A stretch of 64,000 nt of DNA from Malacoraja senta (GCA_038087875.1 CM075984.1:34658001-34722000); one strand, 5' to 3'; shown: positions 1 through 12,653, numbered from the stretch's first letter. Made by a program: numbers and translations. Notes: generated by a model from the sequence alone, not told the origin.

Positions 1-13
1 AAGAATTGGCTCA

Positions 14-190
14 AAGTGCTGGAGTAGTTCAACAGGTCAGGCAGCATCTCTGGAGAACACAGATAGGCGACATTTCAGGTCGGGACTCTTCTTCAGACCT
101 GAAGAATTATCTCGACCCAAAACGTCGCTATATCTGTGTTCTCCATAAATGTTGTCTGACCTGCTGAATTACTCCAGCACTTTGTGTCTT
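14..190. mobile_element. Inverted pair of Penelope-terminus-like short repeats (decayed hammerhead-like motif)
   Basis: Arm caaagtgctggagta...cttcttcag followed by its reverse complement ctgaagaa...tactccagcactttg. Confidence 0.7.
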
Positions 191-574
191 TTTTTTGTAA
201 AAACATCTGTAGTGTCTCCATGATAATGCAGTCAGTCTCCAAGGTGCCTATTCACTTTAACTCACAGATATGTAAGGTTTGGATTTTCTGCTTTACACAA
301 AGTGTTGGAAGGATGCTCCACAGGTAAGGCCTTTCAGCTGATCCCCACTATCCAAACAATTCTCAGGAAAGTCCTAAGTATGATCAACAGCAGAAACTCA
401 AGTAACTCATAAAGTTGAGAGCAACTGTAGGACATCTATTGCTACCTGAGATTAAGTAATTCATTACATAACAGAGGTGTGGGATGGACAGAAGGAGTGC
501 ACAAGAGAGGCAAGTTTAGATATTCCTATATTTAATGCCAATACCACTCATACAACACCACCAACTATTTAAGG

Positions 575-1240
575 TTGCGGATGACAACTGTGGCAGTGGA
601 AATCATGAACAAAGATGAGGTGGAGATGTGGAACTTAGTAACATGGAGTCAGAACAACAACTTTTCCATCGACAAGATTACGTTAGTTATCAACATTAGG
701 AAGCATGGTGAAGTACATGCCCTAGTCAGCATCAATGGTGCTGAAGTGGAAATAATTGAGCGCTTCATGTTCCTTGGTGTAATTACCAACAATCTATCAT
801 GGACCAACCACATTGAAGTGACATTCAAGAAGGCACACCAATACCTCTACTACCTCAGGAGACTGAAGAAAGTTGGCATGTCTCCAATGACTCTTACATA
901 CTTCTACACTGTAGATGCACCATAGAGGCTTGAAGCATGCACCACCAGACTCAGAAACAGCTTCTTTCCCTCAGTTACCAGGCATCTGAATGGTCCTTCC
1001 ATAAGTTAAGATACAGTCTGATTCTCCTCTATCTCCTTGCAGAAACTGGGCTTTGTCTCGGGAACCGTTGCATTACAATGCTGAGAACTATATCCTGCAC
1101 GCTGTATCTTTCTCTTCACTCTGCCTATTGTACTTGAGTTTGTGTTGATTGTATTTATGTATGGTATTATCTGATTTGATAAGTTAGCATACAAAACAAA
1201 CCTTTTCACCATACTCGAGTACATGTGACAATAATATACC
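575..1240 (+). mobile_element. Rex/Babar-type non-LTR retrotransposon 3' remnant
   Basis: ORF 575-925 resembles an RT C-terminus (INGAEVEIIERFMFLGV..NNLSW.NHI..KKAHQYLYYLRRLKK); 3' tail is shared with the copy at 40040-40990. Confidence 0.7.
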
Positions 1241-1392
1241 TAAACCTTTGGTGTTGTACAATCATTCTATGCATATTAAATGAAGAGCAAAGAGATTCAA
1301 GGGATGGAAATGCTCTCCTCAGTGTATATAAAAGTACAATAACTTTACTGAGGGAACCAGCATGCTGAGCTGATTGACTGCAGGATACTTAC

Positions 1393-1553
1393 AGCCTCAT
1401 TTGTTGTCGGGAAGATCTCTTTTACCTCCTCAAATACACAATTTTCTTCATTACACTCTCTTTCTAAATTTCCAGCCTTCATTTCTTCAAGGAAGTAATT
1501 AGCCCGTTTCCTAATTCTCAAGACTTCAGTGGCTTCTCTTTCTGGTAAAAATA
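1393..1553 (-). CDS. PROC: Vitamin K-dependent protein, most likely protein C: propeptide + Gla-domain exon
   Basis: 161-bp exon, atttcag|...|gtaagt, phase 1-0. Reads (V)[53 protein letters not shown]. Carboxylase-recognition residues F-16/A-10/L-6 are present; VLRIRKR matches the protein C propeptide end; Gla EE..ERECxEExC.FEE..E pattern is intact. The Gla call is near certain; PROC versus F10/F7 is less so. Confidence 0.7.
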
Positions 1554-2084
1554 CTGAAATGTAACATAAAAAATGATGGTCATTTTTACTGTTGACGGGA
1601 CAGCCTGCCACTAGTGCCATGAAACGTGGCATGGATGCCAAGAGAGTGCATCGTCTACGCCAGGGCAGTGCTTGATCCAAACAAGGATGGCGTATCACTA
1701 TATCAGGATAGTGTGCCATCGGTTCCTGGGAATGTTGCCTCCTCAACAAAGGATATAATCTACACAGGGAGGAGATTCAAGTGGCTGAAGTGAAGTGGCT
1801 GCAAATGAAGGAGTGATTAAAACTGGCAATTCAGAAGATGGCAGAATTAGTGGAACACAAGAGATCTCAGGGGATTGTTGGTCTGGAGGAGGCTGCACAG
1901 TTATGAAGGAGCTTGGTAAGATTTCAAGTACTCTGGACTGAGTACCATTTGTATTGTGGTGAATTATCTATACCAGGAAAGGCTGCCTCTGTACCAAGGG
2001 AAGTGTCATATACAACATGAACCCATGTCAGGGTTAAGAGTATCTTTTTATTATCCCCAGCATAATAATTTGAATCATACTGAC

Positions 2085-2151
2085 CTGAGTAGCTGGAAAC
2101 CTCCATACAAATAACCATGAGAAATGTCAAGCAACAGCAAGCCTTCACCAT
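2085..2151 (-). CDS. PROC: Signal-peptide exon of the PROC-like gene
   Basis: ATG at 2151; MVKACCCLTFLMVICMEVSSYS followed by a phase-1 donor TCAG|gtcagt that joins in frame to the Gla exon. Upstream acceptor (ctttcccattgcag) puts the exon start at 2179, implying a non-coding upstream exon. Confidence 0.75.
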
Positions 2152-2466
2152 TGTGTGGTCACGATATTCAAACCCTCACCTGCAATGGGAAAGGAACAGC
2201 CTAATATCCAATCAGATAGCAATTGACCACATAACTCCCTGAAGCTTTCAACCCTCATTATTCAATCTTACAACGAATGAATCCTTTTCTTCTGTGTCCT
2301 TTGCCTTGTAAAATTCTCTACTTTTAAAAATTAATTCACTGAACTTGAGAATCACATACACCATTCCTCATCGTATTTGAACCCAGTAGCTTTCTGGACC
2401 ATTTAGAGGGAAATTCTTGGTTGTACTTTAATATTTTATGGAAGTAACTGCTCTAAAGCTGCTTAC

Positions 2467-2550
2467 CTCAGCACTATGACAAGCTTACCTGAGGATTCTT
2501 CACTCCAAACGTACAGGTTTTACCCTCACTTCACTACAAAGGCAGATAAC
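2467..2550 (-). other. Probable non-coding first exon of the PROC-like gene (two candidate donors)
   Basis: Two strong donors, CTCAG|gtaagc (2489/2488) and CTGAG|gtaagc (2467/2466), just below a liver-type promoter motif cluster. TSS position is approximate. Confidence 0.5.
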
Positions 2551-2620
2551 AGCAGTTAATAGTCAAATCCATCAAACAAATCCTGCCAACATTGATCAAA
2601 TCAATCGTAAATCATTCTTG
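2551..2620 (-). promoter_or_regulatory. Hepatocyte-type proximal promoter (HNF1/FOXA/HNF6-like motifs)
   Basis: GTTAATAGTCAAA (2555-2567, HNF1-like), ATCAAACAAA (2571-2580, FOXA-like), AAATCAAT (2598-2605, HNF6/ONECUT-like) and GTAAATCATT (2607-2616), all within 70 bp upstream of the putative first exon. Confidence 0.45.
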
Positions 2621-3362
2621 AACAAAACCAGTCTTTTGTGCTTATTTTCTATTCCTAATTTCTATTCTAATTGTTTGAAGATTACTGAGAACATAAATAT
2701 GCAGGCGTGAAACACCTGCAGGCAGAAGGAATAAGTTTCAGTTGGCATTATGTTTGGCCCATGCATCATGGCTGATGGGTCTGTTCCATGGGTATGTTAT
2801 ATGCAGTACGAGAAGATCTTTATCAGATTTCATCAGAAGCCCTGGCTTCAGACTGCAGTGTTTTTCGGCACGAGATACAGCATGCTTATTCTATCTTGAG
2901 AGATATCAGGAGGAATCTGCTCATGGAATCAAGACTGAACACGATACTCGAGAATCCCCCTTTAAAAGAGAAAAAATATTTCATTGGTCATTTTCTGATC
3001 TGTTGCTGTAGATTAAATGCATATTCATACCATTGGATTGCAGACTACCCTGGCACAATATAAGGTGTTATTCATCTAGTTTTACGTTTAGTCTTACCCA
3101 ATTTCTGATAACCGTTACCCGTATTCACTCACATTCCCACCAATCTACCTCTGGTTCTCCCATTTCTGTTTCCTTTACTATCCCCCTCCCCCCCCCCCCA
3201 AACTCCTAGCATTCCATCACCCATGTTCGACCCCTTTCCCCTTGGTTTCATCCATCTGCTACACTCACTCTTCACACACTGAATCCTCTCTCCATCTGGC
3301 TGCCATTAACAACGTTCTTACTTATAAGATTCCAGCACCCTGTTCAATACCTCCAGAGATAT

Positions 3363-3531
3363 ACACAAAATGCTGGAATAACAGCAGTACAGGCAGCATC
3401 TCTGGAGAGAAGGAATGGGAGACGTTTCGGATCGAGACCCTTCTTGACCCTCCGAAACATCACCCATTCCTTCTCTCCAGAGATCCTGCCTGTCCTGCTG
3501 AGTTACGCCAGCCTTTTGTACCTAACTTCAG
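3363..3531. mobile_element. Inverted Penelope-terminus-like element, interrupted at its tail by a CR1 insertion
   Basis: Palindromic arms; tail resumes at about 4216-4245 (tttaaaccaacgtctgcagtttcttcctac). Confidence 0.75.
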
Positions 3532-3534
3532 TTT

Positions 3535-4218
3535 AAACATAGAAAATAGGTGCAGGAATAGGCCATTCGGCCCTTCGAGCCTGCACCGCCATTCAATATG
3601 ATCATGGCTGATCATCCAACTCAGTATCCTGTACCTGCCTTCTCTCCATACCCCCTGATCCCTTTAGCCACAAGAGCCACATCTAACTCCCTCTTAAATA
3701 TAGCCAATGAACTGGCCTCAACTACCTTCTGTGGCAGAGAATTCCAGAGATTCACCACTCTCTGTGTGAAAAATGTTTTTCTCATCTTGGTCCTAAAAGA
3801 CTTCCCCCTTATCCTTAAACTGTGACCCCTTGTTCTGGACTTCCCCAACATCGGGAACAACCTTCCTGCATCTAGCCTGTTCAACCCCTTAAGAATTTTG
3901 TAAGTTTCTATAAGATCCCCACCTTAATCTTCTAAATTCTAGCGAGTACAAACCGAGTCTATCCAGTCTTCATGTGAAAGTCCTGCCATCCCAGGAAACA
4001 GTCTGGTGAACCTTCTCTGTACTCCCTCTATGGCAAGAATGTCTTTCCTCAGATTAGGAGACCAAAACTGTACACAATACTCCAGGTGTGGTCTCTCCAA
4101 GGCCCTGTACAACTGCAGTAGAACCTCCCTGCTCCTATACTCAAATCCTTTTGCTATGAATGCTAACATATCATTCGCTTTCTTCTTTTGCTATGAATGC
4201 TAACATACCATTCGCTTT
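3535..4218 (-). mobile_element. 5'-truncated CR1 LINE
   Basis: RT C-terminal peptides ([27 protein letters not shown]); (aaacatag) tail; flanked by TTTAAAC direct repeats. Confidence 0.92.
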
Positions 4219-5849
4219 AAACCAACGTCTGCAGTTTCTTCCTACTCAAAACACCCAGCCTCTGTCTCCGCCTTCACCTTCACCTTCCCCACCAGAACTG
4301 GCTCCCACTCCCTCGTCGGTTTTCATTTATCCACCACCTGCTTCTGTCTCGCACTCGCGGATTCATCTGCTCATCATTCCTTATTCCTTCTTGGTCCACT
4401 TGTGACTTACTGGTCTGTCTCACCCATCCTCCGCCCCACCTCCCCACTCTGGTTTACATTAGCTACCTTCCCTCTCCACTTTCGGCCCTGATTCAGGGTC
4501 TTGTCCTGAAACGTTAAAAATTACCCCCTCCCCCAAATTTTCCTTGACCCACCGAGTTTTTCCAGTGCATTGTTTTTTGCTCTAGATTCCAGTATCTGCA
4601 GTCTCTTGTGTTTCTTGAGTGTTATGTTATTGTTAACAATTCATCTATTTGCAGTTCCTTGATATCCTCAACATTCTTGAAACATGAAAATCTCATCCTC
4701 AACTGTCTCGGTATCTTGCTTCAATTTCTGGTATTGGTTTATTGTCACATGTATCAAGCAAGATTCAGTGGAAATTTTTATTTTTGCGTGCTATTCAGTC
4801 AAATCATGCCATGTGTAGTACAATCAAAGAGAAAAATAAATGGAATGCACAATATAGTGTTATAGTCACTGAGACATATGCAGACACCATATTACTAAGC
4901 ACTATCTCCTTTCTGTACTCCAACTAAACATTGTTTAAGATCCAGTCTACCACGGTGGTGCCATTTTGGCACACTGTATCAGTATAGGGAGTATGGTAAG
5001 GGGCTGAGAACGTATCCTTGCAGAGCATTGGTGTTGGGAATTATCATGGAGGATGTTTTGTGGCTTATTCTTACTGATTGAAGCCTATTGGTCAAGAAGT
5101 GCTACTGCGCTGCCCGGTAATTGGTTCTGTTTGTTACCTTTATTGTATCTAATTTATCTTCGCTGTTTGGCTGCCCCAACACTGATATTGATCATATTGA
5201 CCACACAACAGAGTTCCACTGGAGGTCAGCGATGTTCCGGAAAAGCGACCATTGCCCTTGGTTTGAGTTGAATACATTATAGTCAAGAGTGCTTATTTGT
5301 CATATGGATATGAACTTGAACCATGGAATTCTTACTTGCAGAAGCATTATCAGCACATCAGACACTACAACAAACAAAAATTAAAAATATAATGATTCAA
5401 AAATAAATGTACAGTAAATTAAAAATATATAGAATACGTTGCATTATGGCCCAATATTATGTGAGGTACTACATTATCAGCTTGGTCTCCTGTGAGGTAT
5501 AATGTCCAATTGGCTGAGTGCTCGCGTTCAACAGAGCATGTTGTCCTGCATCAGTAAATTAAAATATTATACACTGATGCATGGTATCAGGCATCAGAAG
5601 TAGATGTCTTACCCTTCATTCTTTAAATCACTTGCATTTTGGTAACATGCATTTCTTTTACTATTCGGTGCTACTGCTGAGCAACAGAAAATCATAAGAA
5701 ATCCAAGGGTAATATACATGTATGTTTCACAAGACAGGAACAAATACTTATTGTCCATTCAGATTAGACAAAATGTATTTACAATTATCTCAAAAATATT
5801 TTCTGGTCTTCCTTAGAATACTCTTCAGGTACTTTCTCAACCGCTGCAA

Positions 5850-6830
5850 AATCTGTGCAGACCCAGCATAAAGGCAAGAGATCATCAGATGCCCAACATG
5901 CAAGTGGGATAATCAGTGACCCAGAACACAGGCCAGTAAACATAAGCGACCCAACTCATGTATCAGGGAACAAATGGTGATCCAGCACAAATGCCAAAGG
6001 TTGTTACTTAGATACAATACCGTGGATATCAGAGACGTAAATGATAGGTGAGGGAATATCAGTGACGTGGCTTACAGGTCAAGGAATATCAGTGAACCGT
6101 AACAGATGCTGAAGACCATCACTAACTAAATGGACAAGTCAGGGATTATTAGTGAAAATACACACAGGAATTCTCTAAGCAGTGTTAGTAAAGTCAAGGA
6201 ACATCAGTGCCCAGTCCACAGATCAGGGTACATCACCAATACATCATAAAGCAGCCAACTAGCAACTGAGATACATGGTACAGGACAAGGAAGTGTAACA
6301 ATTATTGAGGTGATCTGAGAACAGTTCCCATCCATTGCACAGGTCAGTACTAACCCTAAACAAAACTCAGACACCAACATTGACACACTACAAACCTAGG
6401 AACCAACACTGACCCACCACAAAACCCAGGAACTAACACTGACTCACCGCAAAGCTTAACACTGACCCACCACAAACCTGGGAACCATCACTGATCAACT
6501 GCAAACCCTGGAACCAACACTAACCCACCAGAAAACCCAGGAACCAACACTAACCCACCGCAAAACCCAGGAACCAAGACTAAACCACCACACAACCAAG
6601 AAAACAACAATAACTCACCGGAAAACACAGCAACCAACATCAAATCACCATAGAACTAAAAAATTAGCATGGATCCACTGCACCATCCAGGAAAAATATA
6701 GACTCATTGAAGAGGCCAGGGATCAAAACAGATCCCCACCAGAGGTTGGGGATTAGCACTGACCCACCATAGAAACTCAGGGATCATCACTGACCTTCCG
6801 CACAGACCGGAGATCAGCGCCACAGAGGTC
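5850..6830. repeat. Degenerate ~29-30 bp minisatellite
   Basis: Core 6385-6660 has units like caaaacccaggaaccaacactgacccacc; flanks show older variants (..atcagtgacccag..acaggtca..). Confidence 0.75.
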
Positions 6831-7459
6831 AGCATTGACGATATAAAGATCTGTTTTCTTTAAAATAGAAATTGAAAGAAAGGCTGGTCTACTATATGGT
6901 GCGGTACCTTCAAATATATTTTGTCCACAAAATTCCAGATGCAATACTTTTCATCACACGATTTTTAGGTAGCTCCCTGCATTTAAAATACCAAACACAA
7001 TCAAACTGCAGAAAGTCTCAGTTAATGAGTAACTTCAAATATTTACCGGAGAGCTCTCAGAATCCATGGGTAAATAAATGATGGCTGACAAATCCGCACA
7101 CTAGATCGAGCATAATTTGTGCACCACTTAAAATGGTTCGACACATTCTGATGCTCATGGAGCACAACATGGGCAAAGTGAGGGGGAAATACGGTCGGTA
7201 TTTGAAAGATTCATCAATGGAAGTATCTTCTCGTGGTGAGCACTTCAACTGACACCACGGCTAACACATGAACAAAACACAAAGTTCTGGAGGAACACAG
7301 GCAGCATCTGGGGAGGGGACAGGAGATATTTTGGGTTGGGCCCATTCCTGAGACGTGAACTTGGTTCCCTGCTCATCGCTATCTTTGTGTCCTACATCCA
7401 CCGCCTTTCTCTATGCTGAGTACAAAATTGAATTGGGGGACAAGAGAGAGCAGCGGCAT

Positions 7460-7885
7460 TATAGAGTCATCATATTATACAGCACAGAAACAGGCCTTTT
7501 AACCCAACTTATCCCTGCCAACTAGCTTGTCGACATGGGTTAGTCCCATTTACCTGTGTTTAGCCCACATCCCTCAAAATCTTTCTTATCCACGTACCTG
7601 TGCAAATATCTTTTAAACATTATAATTGTACCCACTTTTACCACTTTCTCTGGAAGCTCAATCCCAAAATACACCACATTCTGTGTAAAAATTGCCACCC
7701 AAGCTCCCTTTAAATCTTTCCTCTTCAACTTTAAATCTGTCCTTGGGTTTTAGACTCTCCCACCTGGGAAACAGACTGTGACTATTCACTTATCTACTTC
7801 TGTCATGATTTTACAAATCTCTCCCAGGTTACCCCTTGGCCTCCAGTGGCAAAAAGGCCCAATCTATCCAATTTCTCTTTACAAC
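7460..7885 (-). mobile_element. Old CR1-type LINE 3' remnant
   Basis: Decayed 3' RT/UTR sequence (FTQNVV..ELPEKVV..GTIIMFKRYL). Confidence 0.65.
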
Positions 7886-8279
7886 TCGTCCTTCATTCCT
7901 GATAAAAAGTGGCTGTTACCAGGTATCCACAGGTCTGCATCTTCCTGGACCCATTTTGTTACTCAAAATTGCTATAGACTCACCTAGTCACAGGGAGGTG
8001 GACAAGATAACTCTCCACAGCCAGGAAGTCTCTGCCTAGGTGAAGCGAACTCTGAGGGGCAAAGTAGTCTCATGCTAGCCACCTCTGAGGTGCAGAATGA
8101 TATGAGGGGCTTTCACAACTAGATAGCTGTCAAATACATTTGAGGTGTTTTTCAATTTCTCTGATAGGGACTCTTAAAGCTATTTAAATATATTTAATTT
8201 AAAAAATGCAAATCACCCTAAAAAACAGAAATAACTAATTAAAAAACTTTGAAATAAAGTAAAGTAATTTGAACACTCA

Positions 8280-9838
8280 CAGTGCCCTCCATAATGTTTG
8301 GGACAAAGACTCATCATTTATTTATTTGTCTCTGTACTCCACAATTTGAGATTTGTAAGAGAAAAAAATCTCATGTAGTTAAAGTGCACATTGTCAGATT
8401 TTATTAAAGAGTATTTTTATACATTTTGGTTTCACCATGTAGAAATTACAGCTGTGTTTATACATAGTCCCCCCATTTCAGGGCACCATAATGTTTGGGA
8501 CACATGGCTTCACAGGCGTTTGTAATTGCTCAGGTGTGTTTAATTGCCTTCTTAATGCGGGTATAATTGAGCTCTCAACACCTAGTCTTTCCATCACCTA
8601 TGGAAACTTTTATTGCTGTTTATCAACATGAAGACCAAAGTTGTGCCAATGAAAGCCAAATACGCCATTATGAGACTGTGAAACAAGAATAAAACTGTTA
8701 GAGACATCAGTCAAAACTTCGGCTTACCAAAATCAACTGTTTGGAACCATTAAGACGAAAGAGAGCACTGGTGAGCTAACTAATCGCACAAAGTTCTGGG
8801 GGTAACTCAGGCAGCATCCGGGGAGGGGGCAGATAGGAGATATTTTGGGTTGGGCCCATTCCCGAGACGTGAACTTGGTTCCCCTGCTCACTCCGCTATC
8901 TTTGAGCCTTACATCCACCCCCAACATCCTGCGCCTTTCTCTGTGCTGACCTCCACAGCTGATGATAGAAGAATTGTCTCTATAATAAAGAAAAATCCCC
9001 AAACACCTGTCCGACAGATCAGAAACACTCTTCAGGAGTCAGGTGTGGATTTGTCAATGACCACTGTCCACAGAAGACTTCATGAACAGAAATACAGAGG
9101 CTACACTGCAAGATGCAAACCACTGGTTAGCTGTAAAAATAGGATGGCCAGGTTAGTTTGCCAATAAGTACTTAAAAGAGCAACCACAGTTCTGGAAAGA
9201 GGTCTTGTGAACAGATGAGACGAAGATTAACATATCAGAGTGATGGCAAGAGCAAAGTGTAGAGGAGAGAAGGAACTGTCCAAGTTCCAAAGCATACCAC
9301 TTCATCTGAGTTTTTCAAAGCTAATAAATGGTCAATTCTTGAGTAGCCAAGTCAATCATCCGATCTGAACCCAATTGAGCATACCTTTTATATGCTGAAG
9401 AAAAAACTGAAGGGTACTTACCCCCCAAAACAAGTATAAGCTAAAGATGGCTGTAATACAGGCCTGGCAGAGCATCACCAGAGATGACATCCAGCAACTG
9501 GTGATGTCCATGAATCGCAGACTTCAAGCAGTCATTGCATGCAAAGGATATGCAACAAAATACTAAACATGACTACTTTCAATTACATGACATTGCTGTG
9601 TCCCAAACATTATGGTGCCCGGAAATGGGGGGGGGGGGGGGGGGGGGGGGTCTATGTATAAACACTGCTGTAATTTCTACATGGTGAAACCAAAATGTAT
9701 AAAAATGGCCTTTATAAAATCTGACAATGTGCACTTTAACTACATGGGATTTTTTTCTATTACAAATCTCAAATTGTGGGGTACAGAGGCAATTAAATAA
9801 ATGATGGGTCTTTGTCCAAAACATTATTGGAGGGCACT
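8280..9838 (+). mobile_element. Decayed Tc1-family DNA transposon (IR/DR type)
   Basis: ~220-bp terminal inverted repeats starting cagtgccctccataatgtttgggaca, with an inner direct repeat. Transposase remnants from about 8628 (STADDRRIVSIIKKNP..TVHRRLHEQKYRGYTARCKPLVS; DETKIN; SSDLNPIEH) contain stops and frameshifts. Confidence 0.93.
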
Positions 9839-10755
9839 ACCTGCACATTCTTCCCTGTAGAGCTGAAGATCGCATTTAAATGAATGGAATTTGTTTGCCA
9901 GAAAGCCCTGGCATAATGTTGACTTCCAGCCGGCATCTGATGCAACATCTTGGCTTTTGACTTGCTCCTTTGGTTGACCACATGCAGAGCTCTGGGACAA
10001 TCTGAGCTGAGATCAGATGTTACTTAGCTCGTTTGGCGCATCATTCAAAAACAAGGAATTAAGGGTGCAAATATCACCACGATTCAAGTATGTAGAAAGG
10101 GATGTTAAAGATTGTGGGTATGGTAGTCTACTAAGTAAGTCATTGGTCTTGCATGCAGAAGTCTGGGCTATTGACCTGGAGGCAGGAGTTTAGCATTACT
10201 ATTTCATACTTACAATTTCGTAGATGGGGAAGTTCCATTTACGCAATTTAACAAATCTGGAGCATCAGTAATACTAACAATGAAACTGCAGGTTATTATT
10301 AAACCTGGTTTATTTTTGTGTTCTTCATGGAAGGAAAAGTATCATCCTTGGTCTCGGCCTTAAGACCCATGGCAATGTGGTTTACACTCATTTGCCCTTG
10401 AAATTGCCTAGTATGTGACTTGTTAGGGATGGCAATCAATGCTACCCTAACCAATATGCTCACAATTGGCAAATGAATAAGAATGTAGCCATTCCTCAGT
10501 AAAACTTTAGGTTTCATAAAACAGAATGGACACTTTGAAATGAAAAAGGATTTGGTATTGTTGAGCAATGCTCAAGTATTTTAACTGAACCTTTTGAGTC
10601 GCTCACCTATACACAAATAAAGAGAACGCATTAGATGGTGGAAATGATTTATTGTTGTTGGTCATTTCTACTTTGGCTAAGGCCAATTTGAATTTGAATA
10701 CTTTTTTAATAAGCACAGGTCCAAAACTAAATAAGAGGCGTCCATAGATAAAGAG

Positions 10756-10975
10756 AGACACAAGGAACTGCAGATGCTGGAATCATGTGCAAAACACAAA
10801 GTGCTGCAGTAACTCAGCGGGTCAGGCAGTATCACTGGAATGAATTGATAGGCAGTGTTTCAGGTCATGAGCCTTCTTCAGAATCAGGAAAGGTCCCTAC
10901 CTATAATGTTACCTATTCAGCCCTTCCCGATATGCTGCCTGACTCCCTGAGTTACTCCAGCACTGTGCGTTGTGT
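10756..10975. mobile_element. Inverted Penelope-terminus-like element (decayed)
   Basis: gaactgcagatgctgg..gtaactcagcgggtcaggcag..cttcttcag followed by the reverse-complement arm. Confidence 0.7.
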
Positions 10976-11149
10976 CTAGAGATAATGTCATTGGTAGGTG
11001 AGAGGGGCTCATGAATGACAAATTTAAAGGAATTATGATAATTAAAGAAATAGAAAAACAGAACAAATTTTTTCTGATGATACTATGCACAAAGATGTGT
11101 ACTTTATGATCTGCTAATTGCTAAGATTAAATTGACACCAGATGAAAAA

Positions 11150-11490
11150 CATAAGTTTATAAGTCATAAGAGCAGAATTAGGCCATTTGGCCCATCGAAT
11201 CCACTCCACCATTTACTCATGGGTGATCTATTTTTCTCCCTCAAATCCATTCTCCTGCCTTCTCCCCATAACCTTTGACAGCCTTACTAATCAAGAACCT
11301 GTCAATCTCCATTTTAAAAATACACAATGACTTGGTCACCACAGCCATCTGTGACAATGAATTCCACAGATCAACCACCCTCTAAATTAAAGAAATTCTT
11401 CATCTCCTTTTTAAAGGTACGCCCATTTATTCTGAGGCTGTGATCCTAGCCTCTCCCTAGCATCCTCTCCACATCCACTCTATTCAGGTA
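11150..11490 (-). mobile_element. CR1 LINE 3' remnant
   Basis: ataagagcagaattaggccatttggccc... typical CR1 3' UTR. Confidence 0.7.
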
Positions 11491-12571
11491 GGTTGAGATA
11501 AAGAGGAAAGAAGCAAGCCACAACTTTGGTACCGTGGAAATAGTACAGCCTGCATCCAGTCCTGTTAATGGGTGCTCAAAATCTATAATCTCCAATCTCT
11601 CCTTCTTGCCAGATTGTTGCAATTATCTCAAAATGTCCATTGGACAATGATACAAAGGATTTCATACCTGATAGTTACCTACTATCTATTACTGCACACT
11701 GTTCTAATAGTTACATCTAATGTACTTACAATGAATTTACTGTAATGTAAGGGTTAAAAAAAGGCTTCCTAAATTGAAGAGTTTGCTAACAGCATTCATC
11801 GAGCAAGCAGGATCTCTTAGACAATTAGGTGCTTAGGAAAATAATTTTGTTCATTTAGAAAAACTAGTAATTCATGAGACCTCAGAACATGACACCTCAA
11901 TGACAAGACAATTTTTTTCTTCCTGGAGACATCTAAGATTTAAGTTGACTAAATAACCCCCGTTCCCATACCTAGATTAAGAACATAAAGTTGACTGTAG
12001 ATGTGGGACAGCCAAAATATAAATTGCTAGCCACATATAAATGCATACATTGCGTGAGCTTCATCTCGGACTCGAATACAGAACGATGCCAAGACCTTGA
12101 AGTTCGCTAGGCCAGGACGTTGTTGAAGAAGTTCCCAACGCAGTAAAAAGGCGTCCAACTCACTGTTTGGTCGTTTTGTTGCTGTTCATTTTAATAAATA
12201 TTCCGTTTTTAATTTTATATGGTTAAAGTGTTCTTTCTCCATCATTGATCCGAATCCTTGAACCCTGCTTGAATCATTACACCCACTCTGTCCCTTAAGT
12301 TCTTGAATAAGGCAATCTTAATTGATCTTTTAATGTGTAGCAATTTCATATTTTGATACTTCTTTGCACCATACTCCAGGGTAAAAGATTTGTTGTCTTT
12401 TTATTAACTTTGCAGGGTTGATTAGTTATCTTTCAGTTTTCATGTCCTCGAGAATAAACTTGTTCTTCACATTTCAACCTGAGAAAGACATTCAACACCA
12501 AACAGCTCACAGACGAGAGAGATCCTGGATGACATCGGGAGTTAGAGGGGCAATAAGTGGGTAAGCTCAGA

Positions 12572-12585
12572 GGGGGGGGGGGGGG

Positions 12586-12650
<65 letters not shown>
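12572..12650. repeat. Poly-G plus (TG)n microsatellite
   Basis: G-run followed by about 32 TG units. Confidence 0.97.

Positions 12651-12653
<3 letters not shown>

Noticed and set aside
1-1392. Aromatic-stack and EGF exons of the Gla gene
   Set aside because: No convincing FW-containing 25-bp exon or EGF cysteine pattern found; probably beyond the left edge.
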